Positions 23,746 through 33,893 of a stretch of 64,000 nt of DNA are shown here, piece by piece. A model generated the notes under the pieces. The model had not been told where the DNA came from, did not search any database, and saw only the letters and a list, made by a program, of their open reading frames with translations. Origin of the DNA: Syntrophorhabdaceae bacterium (GTDB lineage: Bacteria > Desulfobacterota > Syntrophorhabdia > Syntrophorhabdales > Syntrophorhabdaceae); the NCBI GenBank assembly GCA_963665295.1, contig OY762209.1, positions 4,352,001 through 4,416,000 on the forward strand. The letters run 5' to 3'. The stretch's first letter is position 1; every line of letters begins with the position of its first letter. Made by a program: the position numbers and the translations under genes.

Positions 23746-23774
23746 TTGACTATTGATATAAAGCGTGCTAACTT
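23746..23774 (+). promoter_or_regulatory. Promoter of tatA
   Basis: TTGACT, 17 nt, TAACTT with TG extension. Confidence 0.55.
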
Positions 23775-23794
23775 CACATAAGGAGGGTTTGCCT

Positions 23795-24010
23795 ATGTTT
23801 GGTCTCGGAATGCCTGAACTTATCATCATAATGGTCATAGTACTGCTCATATTCGGAGCAGGTAAACTCCCTGAGATAGGCGGAGCGATAGGCAAGGGCA
23901 TCAAAGGTTTCAAGAAGTCCATGAAGGAGCCTGACGAAATAGATGTCACGCCGAAGCAAAGTGCCGATAAGGAAAAGAAGGAAGACCAGGAGAAGAACAA
24001 GGCGTCCTGA
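23795..24010 (+). CDS. tatA: Twin-arginine translocase TatA/TatE
   Basis: [12 protein letters not shown]...[11 protein letters not shown]...[16 protein letters not shown]. Confidence 0.95.
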   Translation: MFGLGMPELIIIMVIVLLIFGAGKLPEIGGAIGKGIKGFKKSMKEPDEIDVTPKQSADKEKKEDQEKNKAS

Positions 24011-24172
24011 CCTCCCCCACGGTCCATCAGCCATACTTTGACAATAGTTTCAACATGATGTCTGGGCGCCCTGCCTGTGAGAGCCATCTTCCCTTCCGCC
24101 ATGTAAACCCTGTCCTTTCCCCTCAGGCATTTGCCTCTTGATAACACGCACGCATACAGCTACAATGATGGT

Positions 24173-25147
24173 GTGAAACTTCTGGATGGTTACAAATCTT
24201 CTTCCATAGAGCAGGCGGTTCGGGCACTGAAAAACGGCGATATCGTCGCTTTCCCCACGGAGACCGTTTATGGTCTTGGCGCCGATGCGCTGAATGCCCT
24301 CGCTGTTGCGAAGATATTCGAAATCAAGAAACGGCCTCACTTTGACCCGCTTATAGTCCATGTCGCCGAAAAGGACTGGATATTCCGGTACGCGGAGGCT
24401 GTCCCGCCAAAAGCCGTTCAACTCGTCGAACAATTCTGGCCGGGCCCTCTCACGATTATCCTGAAAAAGAACGCCCTCGTCCCGGATATCGTCACCGCGG
24501 GACTTCCTACTGTAGGGATACGTATGCCCTCTCATCCCGTGGCCCTCGACCTTATAAAAGGTCTCGATCATGCCGTTGCCGCCCCCAGCGCCAACCCTTT
24601 CGGATATATGAGCCCCACGAAGGCGGGTCATGTAGCGGAGATGTTTAAGGACACGTCCCTCATGGTGCTTGATGGCGGAGACAGCGCTTTCGGCATCGAG
24701 TCCTCCATAGTCTCGGTTTCGGCGGACACGGTCCGCCTCCACCGGCATGGAGCAATATCCCTTGAAGACCTTACCATGGCGGTTGGCCCTCTTTCGGAAA
24801 AAGAACGGGATGGAACGTGCGAATCACCCGGGGAACTCCCTTATCACTATGCGCCGCACACCCCTCTCAAGATTGTCAGGTCTCCCGAGGACGTGGAAAA
24901 CCCCAGATCCTCCTACCTTTCCTTCAAGAGACCCGTCGTGCCTCCGGACGCCAAGTACGTGAAGGTCCTCTCCGACTCCGGCAATATGAGAGAGGCCGCG
25001 GCCCGATTCTTTTCCTCCCTCATAGAACTCGACCGCGAAGATGTCGATATCATCTACGCGGAGGCCATACCCGAAAAGGGCCTTGGAAGAGCCATGATGG
25101 AGAGGCTCAACAAGGCATCGAAAAAATACTTTCACATAACCCGTTGA
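24173..25147 (+). CDS. sua5: L-threonylcarbamoyladenylate synthase (Sua5-type TsaC with C-terminal domain)
   Basis: FPTETVYGLGA, KKRP..DPLIVH, APSAN, SPG....HYAP; start placed at GTG 24173. Confidence 0.9.
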   Translation: MKLLDGYKSSSIEQAVRALKNGDIVAFPTETVYGLGADALNALAVAKIFEIKKRPHFDPLIVHVAEKDWIFRYAEAVPPKAVQLVEQFWPGPLTIILKKNALVPDIVTAGLPTVGIRMPSHPVALDLIKGLDHAVAAPSANPFGYMSPTKAGHVAEMFKDTSLMVLDGGDSAFGIESSIVSVSADTVRLHRHGAISLEDLTMAVGPLSEKERDGTCESPGELPYHYAPHTPLKIVRSPEDVENPRSSYLSFKRPVVPPDAKYVKVLSDSGNMREAAARFFSSLIELDREDVDIIYAEAIPEKGLGRAMMERLNKASKKYFHITR

Positions 25148-25215
25148 TAATTTTGAAAACACATGATAATCTAATTTCTATGAAAAGTGACCGTCGCAGT
25201 AATGGAACTCTCAGG

Positions 25216-25348
25216 GAAGTGCTTGATTTTATTGGTATTTGTAGTTGTCTGCGCTTCATGCAAAAGAAAGCAATCACATGCTTTTTCAATGAGTTAAGGA
25301 CAACTTCCTACAACTTGTTCACAGGTTTCCCACAAAAATTGTGGAAAA
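25216..25348. promoter_or_regulatory. Cluster of three DnaA-box-like 9-mers with two IHF-like sites
   Basis: TTGTTCACA 25315-25323, TTTCCCACA 25326-25334, TGTGGAAAA 25340-25348; GAAGTGCTTGATT 25216-25228, TTTCAATGAGTTA 25284-25296. Confidence 0.45.
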
Positions 25349-25368
25349 CCCCGTATAATCACGCCCTC

Positions 25369-25740
25369 GTGCGTGTATGTTCCGTTCTTCTCTGCCTCGT
25401 TTTTCTCACTTCGTGCAGCTACTTTCGAAGCGCGAAAAAGGACGCGAAGCCGGCGGCACAACCAAAAGTCGCTGAGCAGGCTAAACCGGCGGAGACTCCT
25501 AAGAAGAAGAGTGCACCCGAGCCGAAGAAGACAAGGATAGCCCTGGACAACGCCCTCATAGATCAAGGCCAGGAAGAGGTCAAAAAACAGTTCGGAGAAC
25601 CGGATGTGGTGAGCAAGACACCCGAGAATCAGATATTGTGGACCTATAGGCCAAAATGGAAACTCATACCGGACAGCGCCGACACGGTGTATGTTCAGTT
25701 TGTGGACGGCAAGGTAGTAAAGATAGTTCGGACGCAATAA
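25369..25740 (+). CDS. Putative lipoprotein (Lys/Pro/Ala linker plus SmpA/BamE-like C-terminal domain)
   Basis: Hydrophobic N-terminus with lipobox LTSC; EEVKKQFGEPD...WTY...VQFVDGKVV pattern. Confidence 0.6.
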   Translation: MRVCSVLLCLVFLTSCSYFRSAKKDAKPAAQPKVAEQAKPAETPKKKSAPEPKKTRIALDNALIDQGQEEVKKQFGEPDVVSKTPENQILWTYRPKWKLIPDSADTVYVQFVDGKVVKIVRTQ

Positions 25741-25763
25741 CAAAAACAGGGGACGGGATATTT

Positions 25764-26021
25764 ATGATATGCGAAAAATGTGCAGGCGAAGTCGAGACTA
25801 TTCTTTGCACACACTGTGATGCGGAGGTCATAAGACTCGGTCCGTTCTGCTATGCGTGCGGACAGGCTCTTGATAAAGAAGCCGGAGCAACGGAAGAGGG
25901 AGAGGGAATCGATCTCTCTTCGCGGATACTCTGCAGCGACGAGGCCTGTATAGGCGTGGTGAACGAGGAAGGAATCTGTAAGGTGTGCGGAAAGCCTTAC
26001 GAGCCTGCCTCGCAGGGTTGA
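25764..26021 (+). CDS. Small cysteine-rich (zinc-ribbon-like) protein
   Basis: 85 aa with CEKC, CTHC, CYAC, CSDEAC, CKVC. Confidence 0.7.
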   Translation: MICEKCAGEVETILCTHCDAEVIRLGPFCYACGQALDKEAGATEEGEGIDLSSRILCSDEACIGVVNEEGICKVCGKPYEPASQG

Positions 26022-26366
26022 CTACCCGCTCCCCGGCGCTTCCTGCCTTTCGGATACGCCTTTCAACCGGTCTCCAGGGGTAATTTCAGGGAGAGGGGTT
26101 CCTCGCTTTAACCAGTTACACGATAAATATTTCCATGAGGCCGGGTTCGCGCAGGTCATGAGGGGGATATCAACCCCTGTAAAAAGACGCGCGGCACCCT
26201 TACCTGAGGGTTCTCCCGCAAAAACAAAGGACGTTCAAATCATGCATGATATAACAGACAGGAAAACAGTCAGATGGGTGAACAGGAAAGAATCACCCTG
26301 TGAAAACATTCCAGGGGGTGCTGCAACCTACCACCCAATGCCGGTCTGTCCGGAAAGGGGTTTGCC

Positions 26367-27287
26367 ATGAGTTTCTTCGACAAGATCAAGAATGGACTTA
26401 CCAAAACAAGGGACCAGATACTCACTCGCATCGAGTGGGCCGTAAAGGGAAAACCGATAGATGAGGATGCCTTCGAGTCAGTGGAAGAAGCTCTGATTCT
26501 TTCCGACGCGGGCTATGAGACCACTGAACTTCTTGTGAATGCGTTAAAGGAGAAGTGGAAACGAGGTATGATCCGAAATACGGAGGACATCGAGGTTTCC
26601 ATGAAAGAAGAGGTGACAAACCTCCTCTTGCCCATAGAAAAACCGATTGTTACGGACGCGAGCAAACCTTTCGTCATATTGATGCTTGGCGTGAACGGGG
26701 TGGGCAAAACGACGACCATAGCGAAGCTTGCCGCCATCTACCGTGCCTCAGGAAAAAAGGTCATCCTGGGGGCGTGTGATACGTTCAGGGCTGCTGCAGT
26801 GGAACAACTCGAGGTATGGGCACAACGCCTCGATATGGACGTGGTGAAGCATGCTGAAGGCTCGGACCCTGCGGCTGTCGCCTTTGATTCCACCAAGGCG
26901 GCGAAGGCTAGAGGCGCCGACGTGGTAATACTGGACACCGCGGGCAGACTCCACACAAAAGCGAACCTTATGGAGGAGATGAAGAAGATAAAACGCGTCA
27001 TTACAAAGGAAGTAAGTGGCGCCCCCCATGAAATACTGCTTGTGGTGGATGCCACAAACGGCCAGAACGCCATAGCTCAGGCAAAGACGTTCAACGAGGC
27101 CCTGAATGTGACAGGCATTGTCATCACAAAACTCGACGGGACCGCAAGGGGAGGTTTTATCCTGCCTATCGCACACCTGTTGAATATCCCCATAAGATAT
27201 ATCGGCGTAGGCGAAAGGATGGACGATCTCGTCCCGTTCAGCGCACGAGATTTCGCGGAGGCTCTTTTTTCAACCAGGCGGGCCTGA
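26367..27287 (+). CDS. ftsY: SRP receptor FtsY
   Basis: GVNGVGKTTT, DTFRAAA, DTAGR, TKLDG, GVGE. Confidence 0.97.
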   Translation: MSFFDKIKNGLTKTRDQILTRIEWAVKGKPIDEDAFESVEEALILSDAGYETTELLVNALKEKWKRGMIRNTEDIEVSMKEEVTNLLLPIEKPIVTDASKPFVILMLGVNGVGKTTTIAKLAAIYRASGKKVILGACDTFRAAAVEQLEVWAQRLDMDVVKHAEGSDPAAVAFDSTKAAKARGADVVILDTAGRLHTKANLMEEMKKIKRVITKEVSGAPHEILLVVDATNGQNAIAQAKTFNEALNVTGIVITKLDGTARGGFILPIAHLLNIPIRYIGVGERMDDLVPFSARDFAEALFSTRRA

Positions 27288-27559
27288 ACCAAGAGCGTCT
27301 CTCTGTGACCGGCGAGAGCCTTACACTCCCCATCGTTCCGCAAAAGGCAAGACTGTCTGTTTCCCACCAAGAGATGACGTTTTCCGGTTTGACTTTGCGC
27401 CGGTTCGATTATACTATAAGGATCATGTATATGACGAGGTACGTGAAGGCTGAATTGCTTCCGGGTTTTCCTGATACCCGCCGCACCATACACAATCCGC
27501 CTTGTCGCCGCGAGGTTCTCGATTACACCATCCCGCCCGGAATTTCCCGGACAGCCTAA

Positions 27560-28309
27560 ATGAACCGGGAACTGATCATCCATTCCCTGACAGGGGCCAG
27601 GAAATATCTCTTCAAAGCCCTCGCAGTCGTTGCCCTATCAACCATCGTGAGTTTCCTTTTCTCCAAAGACCTCATTCGTCTTCTCCTCAAAAGTGTGAAC
27701 ATTCAGATATACTATCTGAGTTTTCCCGAAGTCTTTCTCGCCTCTGTTGAGCTTTCAATGTACGCAGGGGTATTTTTTGCCTTTCCCCTTCTTGTCTACC
27801 TGATCTGGCATGAATTTCGTGCGTCTACGCGCCTGACGTGGACCCAGGGGTGTGTATTTATGATCTTCGCGGTTCTCCTGTTCTATACGGGCAGCATATT
27901 CTGCTACCGCGTCGTGCTTCCTTCAGGTATTTCCTTCCTTCTCGGATATGGGACGGGTCACATAAAAGCAATGATATCGGTCCAGAGATTCGTCGTCTTT
28001 TGCTCGGCTATGATATTTGCCTTTGGCATCACTTTTGAGGTACCTATAGTCCTCCTCATCTTAAGCAAGGTGGGGATACTGAAGTCAGGGACCCTTGTAC
28101 GCACAAGAAGGTATGCGATCCTCATTATTACTATCGCCTCGGCATTGATCACGCCCACCCCCGATGTTTACAACATGATGCTTTTGGCAGTCCCCACATA
28201 CATTCTTTTCGAAATAGGCATACTTCTCATGAAGTTGAACGAGAAGAAGGCGGCTAAACTCAAAGAGGCACAAGACGAAGAACGGCCCGGCGGCGCGTTC
28301 CCGGGCTAG
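27560..28309 (+). CDS. tatC: Twin-arginine translocase TatC
   Basis: About 6 TM segments, FGITFEVP, RRYAI, ALITPTPD. Confidence 0.88.
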   Translation: MNRELIIHSLTGARKYLFKALAVVALSTIVSFLFSKDLIRLLLKSVNIQIYYLSFPEVFLASVELSMYAGVFFAFPLLVYLIWHEFRASTRLTWTQGCVFMIFAVLLFYTGSIFCYRVVLPSGISFLLGYGTGHIKAMISVQRFVVFCSAMIFAFGITFEVPIVLLILSKVGILKSGTLVRTRRYAILIITIASALITPTPDVYNMMLLAVPTYILFEIGILLMKLNEKKAAKLKEAQDEERPGGAFPG

Positions 28310-28375
28310 TTATTTCCCCTTTCCTTCACCGGAATTCAAATCTTGTATTGACCTGGCTTTTGTAATCTATATAGA

Positions 28376-28960
28376 ATGTACGTCGTGGATGATTATCTCG
28401 CTCAATACGGTTACATCGCCATCGTGGTAGGCACCTTTCTTGAAGGTGAGACAACGGTTCTCCTCGGAGGTATATTCTCGAAGCTCAACTACATGAGACT
28501 CGACCGGGTCATGCTCTGGGCCTTTACGGGAACCATTCTCGGCGACACCACCTTCTTTTTTCTCGGAAAGTACCTGGGCAGGAACGTCATCGAGCGGTAT
28601 GCGTTCCTTCGGTCCAGGATTCCCATGGCCAGACGGATCATAAAACGATACGGAAATTTCATCATATTTCTCGCTCGATTCTTCGTGGGCGTGAGAGGTA
28701 TCATCTTCCTGCTTCTGGGATTGATGGATTTGAAGAAGCGCACCTTCTTCCTTTACTGCACCTTGAGCGCTCTTTTCTGGAGTATCGCGGTTTCTCTCAT
28801 CGGCTACCTGTTCGGCGAGGTCGTTTATATCTTTGCCCACGATGTCCGGAAATACGAGTTCTACATCATTCCGGCGGTTCTCGCCGGCGTTCTCGTGCTT
28901 ATTTTCCTTTACAGGCACATAATGAGAGAAAAGGAGGAGGAATCCTATGGAAATGAATGA
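28376..28960 (+). CDS. DedA family membrane protein (start may be GTG 28385)
   Basis: YGYIAI..GTFLEGE, GTILGD, ARFFVGVR. Confidence 0.88.
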   Translation: MYVVDDYLAQYGYIAIVVGTFLEGETTVLLGGIFSKLNYMRLDRVMLWAFTGTILGDTTFFFLGKYLGRNVIERYAFLRSRIPMARRIIKRYGNFIIFLARFFVGVRGIIFLLLGLMDLKKRTFFLYCTLSALFWSIAVSLIGYLFGEVVYIFAHDVRKYEFYIIPAVLAGVLVLIFLYRHIMREKEEESYGNE

Positions 28961-29171
28961 AAAGATGGCGAGAGAGCTTAAGCGGAAATTTGAAATAGAG
29001 CAGAGCAAGCACGAAGCTGAGGTCCTCGATCACTGGAGGGCTGAACTCGACATCATATATAAAAAGAGATATGAGAGTCTTGCATCCCTTCAGGTCGATA
29101 TGAAGCAACTCATGGAGAAGATGAACAATCGAATAGTCATGCTCCGACGTCAGGTAAAGGAATCGGGCTAG
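28947..29171 (+). CDS. Hypothetical helical protein
   Basis: Strong SD GGAGGAGG, overlaps dedA stop, charged helical composition. Confidence 0.65.
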   Translation: MEMNEKMARELKRKFEIEQSKHEAEVLDHWRAELDIIYKKRYESLASLQVDMKQLMEKMNNRIVMLRRQVKESG

Positions 29172-29240
29172 CCGAAGCGCGACCGGCCGCGGTCAATCCT
29201 GGTTCCATATACTGATTGAGGATGAATAAAGGCGCACACT

Positions 29241-30305
29241 ATGATGCAAAGTAAGTCTTTCACGGTATATCGCTTTTGGCGACCCCTATGCCATATCGTC
29301 CGGAATATGCTCCTAACCGCGACATGCATCCTGGCCGTATTCCTTCTCATCTACCCCATCGCGGCGGATGCCCAGGCCCCTCAGAAGAAGAATACGTCAC
29401 CTGACAAAAGGTTGTCCGACCTTGAAAAAGAGGTCTCCCGCATACGAGGAGAGACCGATGTCTTCACTACCGACTATCTCACCGAATCCCTTAGCCTCTG
29501 CGATAAGAAAATACCCCTTTCGAGGGACGATGTGAGGGAAAGGTTCGAGCGTGAATTTTTCCAACTCCTCGAGAATAAGGGACTCCTCACCATCCTTGTG
29601 AAGCGCTATCTGAAGTATTTCAGCATGATCAACAACGAGACGCAGAAAGCGGGTGTGCCCGCTGATCTCATCTACCTCGTGATCACCGAATCCTACCTCA
29701 ATCCCCGCGCCGTGTCCAAGGCAAATGCCGCCGGATTATGGCAGTTCATCAAGGAAACCGGCAAGAGAGAGGGCCTCACCATTACGGACCATGTCGACGA
29801 AAGATACAACATGAAGAAGGCCACCCGTTCGGCCCTCACGCACCTGAAACGGCTTAATGCCGAGTTTGGGGATTGGCTCATAGTCATGGCAGCCTACAAC
29901 GCCGGCGCAGGAAGGCTCAGGGAGGCCACTGAAAACCAGGGCACCACCGATTTCTTTGAACTTTTCCTGCCCGAGGAAACCGAGCGATACATCTTCAGGA
30001 TCGCCGCGATCAAGGAGATAATCATGGACAGGGAACGGTTCGGGATCTACGTGGATGAGAAGACCCTTTACAAACCCGTCCTTCTGTCAGAGATACACCT
30101 CGAGATTGAGCAGGAGACACATGTTCTCACCTTCGCCAAGTGTATGGACGTCCCTTACCGCACCTTCAGGACCATGAATCTCCACCTAAGAAAATACAGG
30201 ATCCCCAAAGGATTCTACACTATCAACGTGCCTTACGAAAAAAAGGAGATCTTCCTGAAGCGAATTAAGAACTACCCCCAGATCCGGTTTATCAAGGAGG
30301 GATGA
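29241..30305 (+). CDS. Lytic transglycosylase (MltD-like SLT domain); start uncertain
   Basis: ITES, AAGLWQF, AAYNAG, LPEETERY motifs; signal-like N-terminus. Confidence 0.88.
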   Translation: MMQSKSFTVYRFWRPLCHIVRNMLLTATCILAVFLLIYPIAADAQAPQKKNTSPDKRLSDLEKEVSRIRGETDVFTTDYLTESLSLCDKKIPLSRDDVRERFEREFFQLLENKGLLTILVKRYLKYFSMINNETQKAGVPADLIYLVITESYLNPRAVSKANAAGLWQFIKETGKREGLTITDHVDERYNMKKATRSALTHLKRLNAEFGDWLIVMAAYNAGAGRLREATENQGTTDFFELFLPEETERYIFRIAAIKEIIMDRERFGIYVDEKTLYKPVLLSEIHLEIEQETHVLTFAKCMDVPYRTFRTMNLHLRKYRIPKGFYTINVPYEKKEIFLKRIKNYPQIRFIKEG

Positions 30306-30980
30306 CTACCGTCCCGTACCTATCTTCATAAGGAGCCGATCCGGCCGAACACCGCACATCCTCACGAGAGCGCGTCACCACCCCCTTCGCACGATACCTC
30401 TTTACTCCGGCCCTTTTTGTGACACACAATCCCGCCTCCCTCCCCGTCTCCCCGGAAGGCTGCCGGAGAAAGAAGAGGAACGAAAGTTATTTACTGCTCC
30501 GCTATGATTATTGTGCTGCCGGGACTCCCAGTTCAATGAACAGCGTAACTGCGGTGGATCTCCTCCCCATGTGAGGCCTGCGAAATCTGAGAATGTTTGC
30601 TTCTCCTACAGGCCCTCAGGTAGCCGGCCCAGTCAAACCTCTCTCCAACACTAAGCCACCTACCCTGCCCATCCCGGTCCGAACCCTGCCCGCGCGCTGG
30701 ACGCCACTCCCCGGACTCAGGCCGAGATACATGAACCTCCGTCGATCAGGCCCCTCTTCTCGCCAGGTGCCTTAATGCATGCCGCTCGAAACCCGCAACA
30801 AACAGACGCCATGGATTCGGCAGCCCACGCCACTTCCACCACTGCGCAAGGCTGCGCACCAACTCCATCCCCGAGGATAGTCAAGGCCGCAACGATTCCC
30901 GTAGTTCCGCATCTGTGAGCCTTGGACATGCCGAGCCGAACCCCATCCTCAGAGACGCTGACAGGCCCTTGTTTCCAGGA

Positions 30981-32384
30981 CTAGAGCGACGCTTTGAATA
31001 CCCCGAAAAGGCCCTTTGGCAGGATGCCCATGTAGAGTATCAGCAGGACGAATACATAGCACATTGACTTCTGAAAAAGAGTAAGACGGATAGGCTGAAT
31101 CTCGTTGGTGACTTCCTTTGAGTAACTCATCCGCACGAGGTTCAGATAGTAAAAAATCGAGATTACCGTGTTCACCGCGCCTATAATCACAAGCGTCAGA
31201 TGACCCTGTTTGAAGGCATTGGTAAAGAGAAAAAGCTTTCCTGTAAAGCCGCCTGTCGGAGGAATGCCTGCGAGGGAAAAAGCAGCTACGGCAAGGGTCA
31301 GGGCCAGGACCGGCGCCCTTCTGGAGAGGCCTGCCAGGTCATCAAGCACTACATTCTCGCCCCTGGTGGAAATCAGCACGATTACATAGAGGCACGCCAG
31401 ATTCATAAGCATGTAAATCGCAATGTAATAAACCGCAGACGCACTTCCATCCTTAGTAAGCGAGAGAATACCCATCAGCAGATACCCCGCATGGGCAATA
31501 CCGGAATAGGCCAGCAGCCTTTTGACATCCTTCTGTACCAGACCGACAATGTTCCCGAAGGTCATGGAGAGCGCCGCCAGCACGATAAGTATATTGACGA
31601 ACTGAGCGGAAAAGGAGGGAGCGAGCATGGTAAATCTTATGAGCAGAGCAGCTCCCGCAAGCTTCGGTATGGTCGCGATAAAACTGGTGGTAACGTTTGA
31701 AGCTCCTTCATAAATATCGGGGGCCCAGAAATGGAAGGGGAAGAGCGACAGCTTGAAGAAGAACCCCGAGAGCGTGAGCGTGAGCGCAAGGATACCGAAG
31801 GGGTGGTCGAGAAATAGCGGCAGCACGCGGACGATATCAGCAAGGTATGTGGACTGGCAGATAGCGTAGATGTAGCTCATGCCATAGAGCATGACCCCCG
31901 TCGAGATTGCGCCAAAAAACAAATACTTCACCGCCGCCTCCCACTGCACCTTCGTTTGCCCCTTCCGCAACGGAACCATCACGTACAGGCTGTACGAAGA
32001 GACCTCAAGGGAGATGACGATGGAAATAAGCTCGACCGAACTCACGAGCATCATAAGTCCGAGCACGGAAAAAGAGAGGAACATAAAGTATTCCGCTATG
32101 TACTCTCCCTCGATGTCATCCGTTCTGTCGATCATAAAAATAACCATACACAGCCCGAAGGCAAGCATCACCTTAAAGAGCTGCGAAAAAAGGTCCACAC
32201 TATAGGCGCCGTTAAACAACTGCGCCTTCGCCGGGATACAAAAAACAGCCAGCACCAGAGGCACCAGAGCGGCTACCCTTAAGAGGGGAAGAGACACCCC
32301 TCCTCTGCCTTTGTTCAGAGATACGAACACAAAGATCACCGCGAGGAGGAGAACGGATATTTCAGGAAGCACAAACGTAAGCAT
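30981..32384 (-). CDS. nuoN: Complex I-like subunit N
   Basis: EAAVKY, FKLSLFPFHFWAPDIYEGA, KRLLAYSGIAHAGY, SLAGIPP. Confidence 0.92.
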   Translation of the reverse strand: MLTFVLPEISVLLLAVIFVFVSLNKGRGGVSLPLLRVAALVPLVLAVFCIPAKAQLFNGAYSVDLFSQLFKVMLAFGLCMVIFMIDRTDDIEGEYIAEYFMFLSFSVLGLMMLVSSVELISIVISLEVSSYSLYVMVPLRKGQTKVQWEAAVKYLFFGAISTGVMLYGMSYIYAICQSTYLADIVRVLPLFLDHPFGILALTLTLSGFFFKLSLFPFHFWAPDIYEGASNVTTSFIATIPKLAGAALLIRFTMLAPSFSAQFVNILIVLAALSMTFGNIVGLVQKDVKRLLAYSGIAHAGYLLMGILSLTKDGSASAVYYIAIYMLMNLACLYVIVLISTRGENVVLDDLAGLSRRAPVLALTLAVAAFSLAGIPPTGGFTGKLFLFTNAFKQGHLTLVIIGAVNTVISIFYYLNLVRMSYSKEVTNEIQPIRLTLFQKSMCYVFVLLILYMGILPKGLFGVFKASL

Positions 32385-32395
32385 AATCGGACCCC

Positions 32396-33889
32396 TTAAT
32401 GGAGATAATTCTGTAATTGGCTGCTGAGATGCGCCAGCGTCTTTTCCACGGTCAATACAAAGGGACGGGGAAAGAGACCCATCCAGATTACAAATACCAC
32501 TAACGGGGCGAGATAGACGATTTCCCTCAGATTCATATCGGGAATCAACCTCTTATCCTCTCTGCCCCACACAATCTGCTTTAAGAGACGAAGCATATAT
32601 GCTGCGGCAATGATCGCGCCCACCACCGCAAAAAACCCCGCTACCTTGTTGTTGATGAATGTGCCTATGAGTACGTATAACTCACCGACAAAGTTATTGG
32701 TGCCCGGGAAGGCGAAGGACGAGATCGCGAAAACACCGAAGAAACCCACGTATATGGGCATAATCTTACTGAGCCCCGAGTTGTCGTAAATCTCCCTGCT
32801 GTGAGTGCGCTCATAAATGATACCCACACAGAGAAAGAGTCCTCCTGTGGTAATTCCGTGGTTAAGCATCTGCAGGAGCGCCCCTTCGAATCCGAACAGA
32901 GTGAGACAAAAGATACCCAAGGTGGCAAAACCCATATGTGCGACGCTTGAATACGCAATCAGTTTCTTCATATCGGTCTGGCTGAGGCACACGAACCCGC
33001 CGTATATGATCCCGATCACGGACAGTATGATCATTAGAGGTGCAAAGTAGACACTTGCCTTCGGCGTCATAGGCAAGCAGAATCTCAGAAATCCGTAGGT
33101 CCCCATCTTAAGAAGCACACTTGCCAGGAAAACACTACCCACCGTAGGCGCCTCCGTATGCGCAGCAGGCAACCACGTATGAAATGGAAACATGGGCACC
33201 TTGATGGCGAAGGCCAGGGCAAATGCGAGAAACACCCACATTTGAAAGTTGAAACTATAATCTCTGAACATGGCTTCGGGAATGCTGAAGGTTCCCGTGG
33301 CGAGATAGATCGCAATGATGGCGACAAGGAGAAATACGCTTCCGAAAAGCGTGTATATGAAGAACTTGATGGATGCATAGTCTTTCTTCGGCCCGCCCCA
33401 TACGGCTATGAGGAGGTACATGGGAATAAGCATGGCCTCCCAGAACACATAGAACAATATGAAATCAAGGGCACAGAAAACCCCGATCATGGCGGTTTCC
33501 ATCATCAGAATGCAGAACATGAACTCCTTCACCCTGAGTTGGATGGCCTTCCACGAAGAGAGCACGCATAAAGGCGTGAGCATCGTCGTGAGAAGAATCA
33601 GGAAAATCGTGATTCCATCAATACCAAGAACATAATTAATATTGTACGCTGGTATCCAGGGGATCAGTTCCGCGAACTGAAACATGTGGGTGGACGAATT
33701 GAAATTTGTATAAAGAGCGAGAGAGATAAGGAAATTGATGATTCCCGTAACCAGGGCAGTTACCTTTATAGCCCTGTCGTTCCTGAGGAGCAGAAGCACG
33801 CATGCCCCCACCAACGGCAGAAATATCGTGGTCGAAAGGATCGGAAAGCTGAGGGGATTCATTATGAGAAATTGGTCCGTACGCATCAT
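32396..33889 (-). CDS. nuoM: Complex I-like subunit M
   Basis: FYVFWE, KVPMFPFHTWLP, LLKMGTYG, KKLIAYSSVAHMG. Confidence 0.93.
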   Translation of the reverse strand: MMRTDQFLIMNPLSFPILSTTIFLPLVGACVLLLLRNDRAIKVTALVTGIINFLISLALYTNFNSSTHMFQFAELIPWIPAYNINYVLGIDGITIFLILLTTMLTPLCVLSSWKAIQLRVKEFMFCILMMETAMIGVFCALDFILFYVFWEAMLIPMYLLIAVWGGPKKDYASIKFFIYTLFGSVFLLVAIIAIYLATGTFSIPEAMFRDYSFNFQMWVFLAFALAFAIKVPMFPFHTWLPAAHTEAPTVGSVFLASVLLKMGTYGFLRFCLPMTPKASVYFAPLMIILSVIGIIYGGFVCLSQTDMKKLIAYSSVAHMGFATLGIFCLTLFGFEGALLQMLNHGITTGGLFLCVGIIYERTHSREIYDNSGLSKIMPIYVGFFGVFAISSFAFPGTNNFVGELYVLIGTFINNKVAGFFAVVGAIIAAAYMLRLLKQIVWGREDKRLIPDMNLREIVYLAPLVVFVIWMGLFPRPFVLTVEKTLAHLSSQLQNYLH

Positions 33890-33893
33890 TTAT

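Noticed and set aside
25216..25348. Chromosomal origin oriC
   Set aside because: Only three boxes, no dnaA/dnaN/gidA nearby, no clear unwinding repeats, and intergenic DNA looks C-rich on the plus strand on both sides; kept only as a regulatory cluster
24817..25368. N-terminal 184 codons of the 307-aa ORF
   Set aside because: Overlaps sua5 out of frame and runs through regulatory DNA; only the part from GTG 25369 looks like a protein
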